This document shows, piece by piece, positions 21,636 through 31,518 of a stretch of DNA of 64,000 nucleotides. The position numbers and the translations under genes were made by a program. The notes under the pieces are model-generated. The model was not told where the DNA came from. It made no database searches and saw nothing but the letters and a program-made list of their open reading frames with translations. The stretch covers positions 32,001 to 96,000 of the forward strand of contig JBGTHM010000019.1 of the NCBI GenBank assembly GCA_041746255.1, read 5' to 3'. The DNA is from Fibrobacteria bacterium. Lineage in GTDB: Bacteria; Fibrobacterota; Fibrobacteria; UBA11236. Every line of letters starts with the position of its first letter. Within the stretch, counting starts at the first letter, position 1.

Positions 21636-23885
21636 ATGAAGAAGCTGCAAAAATTCGGTTTTTGGCTGGTTTTGGCGACGCTGTATTCGACCGCTTATCC
21701 CTATGTGGGAAAGTGGCGCAGCTATACCAACCTAAGCCCAGTCACTGTCCTTATGGAATACCAGGGACAGGTCTACGCCGGTACGCCCGGCGGCATTCGC
21801 CGCATCAATCCGGTCGATTTGACGGAAAAAACCTACGACAATCTGGACGGCCTGTTGGACGTGAACATCGAGGGGCTGGCCGTAACCGAGGATGGCCAAT
21901 TGTGGGCGGCGTCACGTGATGGTTACCTGGCGAGGCTCGAGGGAGAACGGTGGCGTACCTACGGGCGCAGCTATGCCGCCGCCAATTGGAAGATCAGCCG
22001 TCAGGCCTTCCTGGCGGCCGGCCGGTATCTGGTGCTGGGCAGCGACAAGGGGCTGAGTTTTTTTGATATCGAGAACCTACGCGCCGAAGTGAATGTCGAC
22101 CGTTTCGGAGCTTTGGGACAGGGTCCGGTTCATTCGCTATTGCGCAAGGGCGATACGCTTTTCGTGGGAAAAGAGAACGGCGTGGTAAAGGCGGCGGTGG
22201 ATTTTTCCGCTATTTTGTCGGATCGTTTTACCAGCGTTTTTGATCCGGGTATCTGGACGGAAACGCAGGTGGTATCCATCCCGGTGGTCTCTCCGGTACC
22301 GGTTGATACTCTGGATCCGGATACAGGCGATGGTGGCGGAGAAGTGGTTGCCGACACTTTGAAACCGCTGTATCGCCACCTTTATTTCGAGCAGGGTAAA
22401 TTGCATGCGGGTGATTTGGGAGCTACCCTGCAGGCTCCTGTTTACGTTCGGGCGGTTAGGGGACTGCCGTTGGTGGTGGGGGATACGGCATTATCGGAAT
22501 TTGACGTGTTCAGTTCGGCGGCAATTGCTGGAAATCGGCTCTTCCTGGGGGTGCCTTGGGGAGTCTTCGTTCTAAATGAATGGTCGAAGGTCGAAAGGAC
22601 GAATCTTTTTGGACTCAAGAATCCTTCGGAGTTCCCCTCCGATACTTTGGGGGGGGTGGCCGTAAACGGGTCACGGGTTATGGCAGTGGGAAAGTGGGGG
22701 TTGTATAGTTTGGAAGGTAAGGATTGGGTCAGGCAGCAGGAGAGTTTCATTCAATTTCCGTTTATTGATATGTTTGCTCGGAACCTGAAAAGCCTAGCAC
22801 AGGACAGAGATGGAAACACATTCGTTGGCTCATGGGGGTTCGGGCTGGGCCAGTTTAATGGGGGAACGGAAGAAAAATATTGGCATTCGACAAACTCATG
22901 TTTGGAGGGTGTACCCGGCGTTGAAGAGGGGAGATACACCGTTATCAGCTCCGTGAGCAATATACGCGGGGAGAATCTTTGGATGGTAAATATGCAGGCA
23001 GAGTTGTCTGAAAGCCATTCCCTGGTGAATCTGAATATCAAAACAGGTAACATCAATTGTTTTTCGGGGCTGGGTGTCGATGGCCATGTCCGCGCCATAC
23101 GTATCCTCTCAGACACGCTTTTTGCTGAAGCCACACGCGATAACGGTGTTTTCGTGTATAGTTTCGATCCCGATTATCCAGCTACCGCACCCAACCTTAT
23201 TAAGAAGGTGTCGGCTCCCGAAGGAGCCAATAGCGCTTGGGACGTGTCTGCCGATAGGTTTCAACGGCTATGGTTTTTAATGGATGATCGACTGGCTTAT
23301 ATAGATGATCTAACCACGCTTAGTAGCAGCACTGAATTGGATATTAAAAATGACGAGACATTCGGTGGCCGTGATTGCAAAATTATGGAGCCAGACGCAC
23401 TGGGAAATTTTTGGATTGGCTGCGCAAATGGACTTTTTCATTTCAAGCCTTCGGATAAGGGTAGTAAGCCCATCAGTAGGAGATATACTCAGGACGATGG
23501 CTTATTGGACAACGCGATTCGTACCCTCGCCGTCAACCAATCGAATGGAGAAGTTTGGATTGGGACGGATAAAGGTATCAGTGTGTTTCATAGCCCGGGC
23601 CGTGCTCCAGAGGCTGACCTAAAAAGGACCAAGGTCTACCCGAATCCTTTTCGTCCACAGCATTCCCAAGTCATTTTTGATCAGCTTGCGGCGGGATCCA
23701 CCCTGCAGATTCTGACCCAGGCGGGCTATGTGGTACGTCATTTTTCTGCGAGTGAAATTCTCGGTAACCAATTTCAATGGGACGGTACCAATCAGTCCGG
23801 AAAGCGCGTTACGCCGGGAATCTACCTTTACAACATAGAAGCGAATGGCAAGGTCAGTCGAGGCAAACTCATTATTGCGCGCTGA
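21636..23885 (+). CDS. PorZ-like beta-propeller protein with C-terminal T9SS/FlgD-like Ig domain
   Basis: Signal peptide then VGKWRSY; GEVWIGTDKGI; KVYPNPFRP...WDGTNQSGKRVTPGIYLY...GKLIIAR. Confidence 0.8.
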   Translation: MKKLQKFGFWLVLATLYSTAYPYVGKWRSYTNLSPVTVLMEYQGQVYAGTPGGIRRINPVDLTEKTYDNLDGLLDVNIEGLAVTEDGQLWAASRDGYLARLEGERWRTYGRSYAAANWKISRQAFLAAGRYLVLGSDKGLSFFDIENLRAEVNVDRFGALGQGPVHSLLRKGDTLFVGKENGVVKAAVDFSAILSDRFTSVFDPGIWTETQVVSIPVVSPVPVDTLDPDTGDGGGEVVADTLKPLYRHLYFEQGKLHAGDLGATLQAPVYVRAVRGLPLVVGDTALSEFDVFSSAAIAGNRLFLGVPWGVFVLNEWSKVERTNLFGLKNPSEFPSDTLGGVAVNGSRVMAVGKWGLYSLEGKDWVRQQESFIQFPFIDMFARNLKSLAQDRDGNTFVGSWGFGLGQFNGGTEEKYWHSTNSCLEGVPGVEEGRYTVISSVSNIRGENLWMVNMQAELSESHSLVNLNIKTGNINCFSGLGVDGHVRAIRILSDTLFAEATRDNGVFVYSFDPDYPATAPNLIKKVSAPEGANSAWDVSADRFQRLWFLMDDRLAYIDDLTTLSSSTELDIKNDETFGGRDCKIMEPDALGNFWIGCANGLFHFKPSDKGSKPISRRYTQDDGLLDNAIRTLAVNQSNGEVWIGTDKGISVFHSPGRAPEADLKRTKVYPNPFRPQHSQVIFDQLAAGSTLQILTQAGYVVRHFSASEILGNQFQWDGTNQSGKRVTPGIYLYNIEANGKVSRGKLIIAR

Positions 23886-24608
23886 CTTTTTAGGTCGTTA
23901 AGAGTTAGTGGAGGGTGATAGACCGAATGGGTTTTGAAGAAGGTCACCGTTTCCCCTTAAAGATTTGTCAATGGGGCTTTCTTCGCTTCTGTAACTTCAA
24001 ACGATTTTATTAGAAACCAGAATGATGAACAGAGAGATTTGGAGGTCGATTCTTTTCCCTCTACGCTTTCATGGACTTATACAGCAGAATATTCGTGACC
24101 CCTTCAGTAGAGATACGGGAGGGCGATCTTTTAGCCAATACAATTGAAAGATGGATTTCCGATCCCTCGTGATAGACAGTTCATTCGGATTATGGGAGTA
24201 CGATAAAACACGCGGAATTTATGAAAATGTTGACGCAACCTAAGAGAGCCGAGACACGAAGCAGTCAGCATGGCAGCGATAAAATGCATTTATAAAAAGT
24301 ATATTCACAACCTTTAAAAGCCGCATGACCTACCCGGAAAGCATTGGTAAAGGTCCGTGGGTAACATGCAAGCCGCTTGGGAAACCGAAAGTAACCATTT
24401 ATAATCCCAGGTCCGGTAAAGTTGCGCTGGGGGTTTAAAAAAAAATTAAAGTATGATTGTATACCCGATTTTTCGCTTGAGACCCTCAGCCCCTCCAAAA
24501 TTCTTTCGCCTTCCGCCCCGTCCCATCAGCCAGGAATCGGGATTGGACGACGCTTTCGACTTTTTGTGCGTCGCAGCGCCCAGCCCTTTCCGCAAAATGC
24601 GCCCAGGC

Positions 24609-25901
24609 TTATTGGAGGAGGATGGGGGTCACCACGATTGGCACCACATTGGGAGTGAGGTGCAGCACGTGCAGGCCGGTCGCCATGTCTGAAACCAAGA
24701 TTCGATCGTTCCCTAGAAATGGATCCACGCCCCAATATCCCCGATAGGGCGCCAATGAACTATTCGAAAGAATTGGGTTTTTATACACATCATGGCTGCC
24801 AACCTTCACTGGCACGCGCGGATTCGTGATGTCGAAAACCTGCAGCCCCTCCGTGTACCAAGACACGTAAAGGTGATTGCCCATGACGACCGGGTTATGA
24901 GGGACAACCCGTGGATCCGTGATGCCCGCGGCGGCCGGGGTGATTTCCCCTACCTTGGTCGGCGCAGCCTTGCCGTTGAGCTTCAGGATCTGCACCCCGG
25001 CGCCTTCCGTCTCCCTGGTGACGTAAACGTGTATGCCGTCGTCGGCAATCCAATTGGTATGTGTCTTGGAACCCGTCTCCAGACCCCCCAGAAAAAGGGG
25101 ATTCGAGGCGGAGGCACCTGAAATGTGGCCGCGGCCTACATCGTATACCAGCGTCGCTCCTGAGGCCGGCAGGCTACCCGGATATGGGTCTGAGCAGGAA
25201 AGGACCATGATGCCACCCTTGACGGAGAGATCGTGGACTCCGAACTGCTTCGACCCCAGGCTAGCTACAATGGTCCGTACATAAGTGGGCTTTTCCGGCA
25301 CACCCTTGGTGGCCCAACGGAAAACCCGCAGCTTGGGAGTAGTCCAATGCATGAGATACACGAAATCACCGTTCATCCACACGTTATGGACGGCGCCATC
25401 GCATTCCAAACCTGGGGTCGCATTACAATTCATCCCAGGATAGATGCGATGCAAGGTAATCGGGTTCGATGGTGCACGGAAATCGACGATGAAGACTCCG
25501 CCGCCGTTATCGCTGGATATGGCACCGTAACCAGCGGCATTGACCTGCACATCTGCGAGATCAGTGGCAGCTGGGCCTCCTCCTCCCCAATACCAACGAC
25601 CGGCACGTATTGGCTTTGCAGGATCAGTCACATCAATCACGTCCACCCCAACCGAAATAACGCCATTGTTCTGCCCCAGCAAGGCGTAGTACTTGCCATT
25701 GCGACGCATCGACCAGACGTCGGCATAGTAGACATCATTAACTTTGAGGGGATCCAACCAGCTACCCTTGCGCCAAACCCGTCCTTTCGATTCATCGATG
25801 CGGATATAATCTAACTTGGCGAATTCCGGTTCTATGTGGGCACCTACGGCGACGGCCATGACAGTCAGGAATGCCGCTCCCCGGGCAAAGTATTTGATCA
25901 T
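24609..25901 (-). CDS. Secreted LVIVD-repeat beta-propeller protein (choice-of-anchor B-like)
   Basis: Signal peptide; VIDVTDPAKP, IVDFRAPSNP, HTNW, HNPVVMGNHLYVSWYTEGLQVFDITNP, WGVDPF, VSDMATGL. Confidence 0.85.
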   Translation of the reverse strand: MIKYFARGAAFLTVMAVAVGAHIEPEFAKLDYIRIDESKGRVWRKGSWLDPLKVNDVYYADVWSMRRNGKYYALLGQNNGVISVGVDVIDVTDPAKPIRAGRWYWGGGGPAATDLADVQVNAAGYGAISSDNGGGVFIVDFRAPSNPITLHRIYPGMNCNATPGLECDGAVHNVWMNGDFVYLMHWTTPKLRVFRWATKGVPEKPTYVRTIVASLGSKQFGVHDLSVKGGIMVLSCSDPYPGSLPASGATLVYDVGRGHISGASASNPLFLGGLETGSKTHTNWIADDGIHVYVTRETEGAGVQILKLNGKAAPTKVGEITPAAAGITDPRVVPHNPVVMGNHLYVSWYTEGLQVFDITNPRVPVKVGSHDVYKNPILSNSSLAPYRGYWGVDPFLGNDRILVSDMATGLHVLHLTPNVVPIVVTPILLQ

Positions 25902-25934
25902 TTTGGTTCCTCGCAGTTGTATTGGCGGTTTCGA

Positions 25935-26291
25935 TCAGGGAGCGATATCGACGCTATTGATATTCCAATGCTTATAGCGGCAGCCGGAAGTGGATTCCCC
26001 GCGCTTGGTAGTAACATAGACATTCACGGGTTTGCCTGAAGCCTTGGCAGATAGTAGGACCGAAAATGCGTTTTTGCCTCTAAGCGTCGTTGCATCGAAA
26101 AAAAATGAGTCGTCACCGCTGCATCCGCCGTGCACCCGCTCGTTCCCCAGGCTGAACGCCACTAGGTTGTCATTGAGATAGGTGCGGATCTCGTTCACGG
26201 TGCCTGTTTGATAAGTGTTAGGATTGACTGTAGTGGCCTGGGCTTCAAATAGGGCAGATCCAAAGAGTATGAGAGTCAGGAGTTTCTTCAT
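25935..26291 (-). CDS. Small secreted two-Cys hypothetical protein
   Basis: MKK signal peptide ending AQA; GC...KNAFSVLLSAKASGKPVNV...GC; AAGG RBS. Confidence 0.8.
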   Translation of the reverse strand: MKKLLTLILFGSALFEAQATTVNPNTYQTGTVNEIRTYLNDNLVAFSLGNERVHGGCSGDDSFFFDATTLRGKNAFSVLLSAKASGKPVNVYVTTKRGESTSGCRYKHWNINSVDIAP

Positions 26292-26866
26292 GGCGATATA
26301 CCTTCAGTTTGGGTGTCGTGTGGAAACAGAATTGGGCGCAGCGGGAAATATATTCACTAATTTTCTTTTCCGCAATGGGTTTTACAAATCCGGCCTCGAG
26401 CCAAGGCTATTATGGCAGGAACTGTCTTATCTCCGCTGAAAATGGTGACTGCGGAGGCGTTTTCATGCCTTGATAACGAGCATTAGTAAATCGAAGCCCT
26501 TTTAATCACCCAAGCGAAGCAGCTGTGTACAGGGCTTTCCGCGCCCTTAGGAGGGAGGGTGGGGGGTCGAGACTTGGGAAATTGATGGGTTTCTTTCGCG
26601 TCGTGTATGATACTCCGTTACCCAGGATGTAAGTCCAACTGATTGAAGACCTGGAATACGTGGCCTCTCAAAAGCACTGTCCTGGATGGCTTTTCAACCC
26701 CGTTGTCGACGGTAACACAACCGGGAAATTTAATTGTCGTTAATCGGGGGGTATTGGATTTGGAAAGGGGAATCGAGTTAACCAGGCAACAATCCAAAAA
26801 TAGGCTGCATAATTTTATTTATCGTTTGTAAAATGATGCGTTCCAACTAATTAACAATTCGGTTTT

Positions 26867-28003
26867 TCAAATGCAGGAAGCGTACAAGGATTCGACATTA
26901 TCGATTTCCCGGGTTACGTCATGGGACGCTAGAATATGCTCTCTGCCCGCTCTTCCCATATCGGGCCACTTGCTGCTGTGACTCAATAGCCTTTCCAGGT
27001 TTTGACTATAGGCTTGGAGGTCTCCTTCAGGTGATAGAAAACCGGCCTTCCCATCGGGCACAACATAAGGGATATCGTCGTGTAGGGTGGAGAGAATGGG
27101 AATCCCGCAGGCCTGAGCCTCCAACAGTACCGTGGGTGCGCCACCTTCGCTATCTCCGTCAATCGCCGTGCGTGAGGGTTGCAGCAGAATATCGTGCTTA
27201 TCAAGCACGTCGATTAAATCCGCAGGCGGCACATAACCAGCCCATTGGATTTTGTCCGTGAGTCCAGCTTCATCGGCTTGCCGCTCCAAAGCGGGCCGCA
27301 GCGGGCCGTCACCGATAATGGTTAAGGTGAAAGGAGCTGATCCAATCTTGCCCTTCAAAGCGCCCAGTGCGGCTAGGGCGTGATCCAAGCCCTTTTTTTC
27401 CACAAGGCGGCCCACAAAGAGAAATCGTACCGGGCGGATTCCGTCCCAGGTGCGCTCCCGAAACGGATAAATCTTGGGATCGATGGCGATGCGCTTGATG
27501 TGGATCTTGTGGGAAGGACAGCCGAGTGCGAGAAGCCGCTTCTGCATGCGGGGTCCTTCCACGAAAAATCCCGCGCCGATACGGAATAATTCGGCATAGC
27601 CGCTGCGGCTGCGTTGCAAGAAGGAATTATGAGAGAGATCGTAACCATAAAAATTGGTAAAAACCGGTAGTTTCAGTCTACGGAAAAGCGAGAGTGAGAC
27701 AACGGCGCGGTAGCCAAAATGGGCATGTATAAGAGCGGGACGGTGATGGGAGATTTCCGAAAGGCAATCGGCATAGGAGACCTGGGGATAGCGACCGATT
27801 AGTCTGGCAATGAAAGATGCCGGCAAACTTTTTTTCACGGTGCAGCGGATGAATGGGTCACCGGCAAGCGGGAAACGATCGACATTCCGCCAATCCTGTG
27901 CCAAAATCAACGGAGGAAATTTTTTGGCTACACGCAAATATTGCCAAATGAAGGATTCCGTTATGGGAAGGTAGGAATTTAGAAGGTGGAGGCAAGTCGG
28001 CAT
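26867..28003 (-). CDS. Glycosyltransferase family 4 (WcaL-like)
   Basis: IHAHFG, FVGRLVEKKG, GDSEGGAPTVLLEAQACG. Confidence 0.92.
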   Translation of the reverse strand: MPTCLHLLNSYLPITESFIWQYLRVAKKFPPLILAQDWRNVDRFPLAGDPFIRCTVKKSLPASFIARLIGRYPQVSYADCLSEISHHRPALIHAHFGYRAVVSLSLFRRLKLPVFTNFYGYDLSHNSFLQRSRSGYAELFRIGAGFFVEGPRMQKRLLALGCPSHKIHIKRIAIDPKIYPFRERTWDGIRPVRFLFVGRLVEKKGLDHALAALGALKGKIGSAPFTLTIIGDGPLRPALERQADEAGLTDKIQWAGYVPPADLIDVLDKHDILLQPSRTAIDGDSEGGAPTVLLEAQACGIPILSTLHDDIPYVVPDGKAGFLSPEGDLQAYSQNLERLLSHSSKWPDMGRAGREHILASHDVTREIDNVESLYASCI

Positions 28004-28091
28004 GGGAATTCCGTGTGCTGAAATTTACTATACATTGCTATGTTGCGACCCTTGTGCAGGTAAGGTAGCTTTTACATAATCTCGTACCAAA

Positions 28092-29066
28092 TTGGGCATC
28101 AAATTGAAAGTTACTCTCTGTTCGGAATCAATGTGGCGTCAACTAGCGAGTAGGGATGCATCGTGCACATTTTTCCAGACACCTGATTGGTTGAAAGTGA
28201 CCGCCGAGTTTGAACACGCTCATATCCACCCCCTACTTTTCGAATGGTCTGAAGTGCGTGCGGTACTTCCATTGCTTCGACGTCGAAGGATTTTATGGAA
28301 TCGATATTTCAGCCCTTTCGGAACATATTCCGGTTTAATAGCTTCGGGTGTTCTGAGAGCGGAACAGCTTACGGAGGTGGCCGAATACCTCTCGGGGTTT
28401 AGCGTTTTGCTGGTGAACAATCCCTTCTCGCAGAACAAGATCATGCTTCAAGAGTCACTGGCCGATTTCACCAGCGTCGTATTCCTCGAAGGACGGGATG
28501 AGAAGTCAGTAATGGCAGATTGGGAGCGCGATGCAAGGAGGATGGCGCGGCTGGGTGATAAGAACGGAGTACAGATCCGCTTGGCCACAGTGGAGAGCGA
28601 TATAGCAGCCTATGACAATGTCTATCGCCAAACCCTTAATCGGTGGACAGGAAAGGTCCGTTCGGCTTATCCCCTTGCTTTATTCCACAAACTTTGGACC
28701 GAAGTGGGAACGACTTCTTCCCTGCGCCTGTGGGTAGCCGAAAGAAAGGGTGTAGTTGAAGGCGGCTGTTTCGTCTTTTACCATAACCGCCACGCGGTGC
28801 TCTGGCATGGGGCGACATTGCCCGAGAGCTATGCTTTGGGAGTGACCCAGCTCTTGTATCGAGAAATAGTACTCGACGCTTTGCGGCGAGAATTCGCCCT
28901 CTGTGACTTCAATCCCAGCTCGGGCCTGACGGGGGTGCGCGCTTTCAAGAAAAGCCTGGGTACCTGGGAGGTAGACTTGTCGGTGCAAATCGCCCGCAGC
29001 CCCTTATCCCAGGTGATGCAAAAGGTAAAGGCGGTATTGCCTTCAAGGGCCAAAGAACAAAGTTGA
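28092..29066 (+). CDS. GNAT family (FemAB/BcsL-like) acyltransferase
   Basis: TFFQTPDW, PFGTYSG, DFNPSSGLTGVRAFKKSLG C-terminal motif. Confidence 0.8.
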   Translation: MGIKLKVTLCSESMWRQLASRDASCTFFQTPDWLKVTAEFEHAHIHPLLFEWSEVRAVLPLLRRRRILWNRYFSPFGTYSGLIASGVLRAEQLTEVAEYLSGFSVLLVNNPFSQNKIMLQESLADFTSVVFLEGRDEKSVMADWERDARRMARLGDKNGVQIRLATVESDIAAYDNVYRQTLNRWTGKVRSAYPLALFHKLWTEVGTTSSLRLWVAERKGVVEGGCFVFYHNRHAVLWHGATLPESYALGVTQLLYREIVLDALRREFALCDFNPSSGLTGVRAFKKSLGTWEVDLSVQIARSPLSQVMQKVKAVLPSRAKEQS

Positions 29067-29123
29067 AGCCTCAGACCGCGCCATCATTGGCAGAATGGGT
29101 GCCCCAATCCGCGACGATGCCTC

Positions 29124-30827
29124 TCAGCGGGTGAGACCATCCACGGAAAAGATCTTCCAACGTATAGGCTGAGATGGACCCAAAGCCAGCGTTCTTTCCC
29201 GTAATACTCCGGTAACGAAGCGGCGTTCCTCCGGCAGCGTATCAAAGAGGCTGAGCCCATGTCTTGTGACTATCTCGGAGGGGTCAAATCCCATCAAATC
29301 AAGCAGGGTCGGGGTAATGGCGAAATGGCTGGCGCGATTGAAGTTGAGCTCGGCGGCCTCTTTTAGTCGGGAGCGTAAAGAGGGGATATCCGTGAAAGCC
29401 AGCAAGGGCACCAGTCCCTCATGGCTATGGGCATTCTCCACAACGCAATGTGTGAAGAGCAGGCCGTTGTCCAATAGATTTTGACCATGGTCCGAGGTAT
29501 ATATGATCACGGCATTTTCGAATACGGCGTTCTGCAAAAACTCCGAGAACCAGGCGTCGATAGACCAGCGCACCAGGTTCATATAAGCGTTGGTTAAGGC
29601 TTCCCGTCGCTTTTCGAGGGGGTCCGGCGAGTTATTCCCCTGATGGGGATGAAAGTGGAGGGCCGTATCCGGCACCCGGTGGTCAAATGGAAAATGTACT
29701 CCGGCTTTTATCACGAAAATGAATCTCGGTATCGTATCTTGAATGTGCATCTTTATCAGGCGCGCAGCATCGAGATCGCGATCCTTCTCGCTCGACCCTT
29801 CCGCATAGATAAATTGATCGATGAGCCGGGTTTCCGTGTGGGATAGCCTATTATTGAGAGTCCCTCTTTCCGCTTGGGCCTCGATGTAGACGGTGGCGTA
29901 TCCGGCAGCCTTTGCATATTGCCATAAAGAGGGATTGCGATCCAGACTTGCATTAAAATCCATCGGGTCTATTCCATAACGCAATATGAGATTACTGGTG
30001 GAGCTGCAATTTCCGCCCGCCGAGGCGTATCCGAAATTTACGGGGCGATCCCGAAACCGATGTAATCCGGGAGTGACGCCGCGATCCTGGTTGAGGTCCA
30101 AGAAATCCGCTCGCACACTTTCGTCGACAACCAGAACAATATGCCGTGGGGAGGATCTTGTCGGGCGAATGTCCACGGGATCCCTCTCCACCTTTCCCGT
30201 AATTGCTGCATCCATGGCTAACAAAACCAATAAACTCGGGATTTTATAGGTATCCGGCAGGCCCAGGGTTCCATAGCCGCCCCGCAAAAGACCTAGGAAA
30301 AAGATAACGGCTACCGGGACAAAGGGTGCGATAAGGAGAATCGGCTTCCAAAAGCCAGGGGCGAAGCAAAAACCGGAGAGAGCGGGTGGTGGAGCCAGGA
30401 ATAAAAGAAAGCCGAGTGCCAAGACCATTAATGGAGCGGCCAAGGTGGGTCCTAAGAATGTCGCGGCCTCATCTGCAAAGGCTCGGTTTTCCCATAAACC
30501 TGCCAAAGCGGGAAAGTCCAAATCGGCCCCGGTGGAGTTCCTATACGCCAACCCCAGCGCTGCGGCGGGACACAGGATAAAGGCCGCTGAAAACCTTATC
30601 CGTATGGAAGGGTGGAGCATGCCGACGGCTAAACCGAATAGGCAAAGAGCCCACACCAGCAAAAAGCCGATGGGGCCGATATAAGCGGGATAAAAAAGCC
30701 GCAATTCCGCGACTCTTTCAATAAAACCGGCTTGTGTGAGTATTACAAAAGGTAGGCCTGTTGAAAGTTTGGTTGCTCCGAATATCCAAGGGGAAAGGGG
30801 TAGGCGGCGAGTTGGCGGTTTGTTCAT
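29124..30827 (-). CDS. Membrane-anchored sulfatase-fold transferase (EptA/LtaS-like)
   Basis: About five N-terminal TMs; VLVVDESVRAD, NCSSTS, GVHFP, YTSDHGQ, VPLL. Confidence 0.8.
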   Translation of the reverse strand: MNKPPTRRLPLSPWIFGATKLSTGLPFVILTQAGFIERVAELRLFYPAYIGPIGFLLVWALCLFGLAVGMLHPSIRIRFSAAFILCPAAALGLAYRNSTGADLDFPALAGLWENRAFADEAATFLGPTLAAPLMVLALGFLLFLAPPPALSGFCFAPGFWKPILLIAPFVPVAVIFFLGLLRGGYGTLGLPDTYKIPSLLVLLAMDAAITGKVERDPVDIRPTRSSPRHIVLVVDESVRADFLDLNQDRGVTPGLHRFRDRPVNFGYASAGGNCSSTSNLILRYGIDPMDFNASLDRNPSLWQYAKAAGYATVYIEAQAERGTLNNRLSHTETRLIDQFIYAEGSSEKDRDLDAARLIKMHIQDTIPRFIFVIKAGVHFPFDHRVPDTALHFHPHQGNNSPDPLEKRREALTNAYMNLVRWSIDAWFSEFLQNAVFENAVIIYTSDHGQNLLDNGLLFTHCVVENAHSHEGLVPLLAFTDIPSLRSRLKEAAELNFNRASHFAITPTLLDLMGFDPSEIVTRHGLSLFDTLPEERRFVTGVLRERTLALGPSQPIRWKIFSVDGLTR

Positions 30828-30828
30828 A

Positions 30829-31518
30829 TCAGGCAGGTTTTTCCACCGCGATAAGATAAGCCCAGGTCCACTTCTCGTTGGGATCGAGACGGTTCAGGAT
30901 ATAGCCTATGCCTTGAAATACTAAGCCCAAAATCGGTATCACGGGAATATATCGCAGCGGCCCCCTATTGAAAGCGAAAAGTTTATAAACCAGCAATTGT
31001 AAAAAGGTGACCCAAAAACCGGATAGAGCGTTGAGCTCCAGAATGCGAAAGCCTTTTTTTTCGAAGAGATAGCGTAGGCCGTATTTTGTGAAGCGGTAAA
31101 AGTCACGGGGCTCCTCATGCAAATGCCAGATGAAGGGCACGGTGTAAATCGCCCTGCCACCCGGCTTCAAGACCCGGAATGCCTCCCCGATGGCGGTTTC
31201 AGGCTCTTCCAAGTGCTCAAGCACGGCCGTGCACAGAACGGAATCGACGGAGCTTTCAGCTAAGGGTATCGCGAATGCCGATGCAAAAACGTCCACCGCA
31301 TGGGTATCATGCTGGCTACCGGGGTGGTCCAAGGCGATATGCTTTTGGACATGCCCTCCTGCCATGCTTGCCAGGGGTTTTTCCCCGCAGCCTATATCGA
31401 GCAGGGTGCCGAATAAATATTTTGGAATGGCCGCGTTGAGTGCCCTGCCTCCCAGGGAGCGTATAAGCAGGTTTTTGCTGTTCTCCATGGCCGACAGCCA
31501 TATCCGTTTGGAGTTCAA
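30829..31518 (-). CDS. Class I SAM-dependent methyltransferase
   Basis: LDIGCGEKP, VLEHL, RVLKPGG, HEEPRDFYRFT. Confidence 0.9.
   Translation of the reverse strand: MNSKRIWLSAMENSKNLLIRSLGGRALNAAIPKYLFGTLLDIGCGEKPLASMAGGHVQKHIALDHPGSQHDTHAVDVFASAFAIPLAESSVDSVLCTAVLEHLEEPETAIGEAFRVLKPGGRAIYTVPFIWHLHEEPRDFYRFTKYGLRYLFEKKGFRILELNALSGFWVTFLQLLVYKLFAFNRGPLRYIPVIPILGLVFQGIGYILNRLDPNEKWTWAYLIAVEKPA

Noticed and set aside
23886..24600. Possible decayed gene or ncRNA downstream of the porZ-like gene
   Set aside because: Only short protein-like fragments with no recognisable family and no convincing RNA structure
26292..26866. Short ORFs (e.g. 26643-26831) in the gap before the glycan locus
   Set aside because: No RBS or motif support; treated as intergenic
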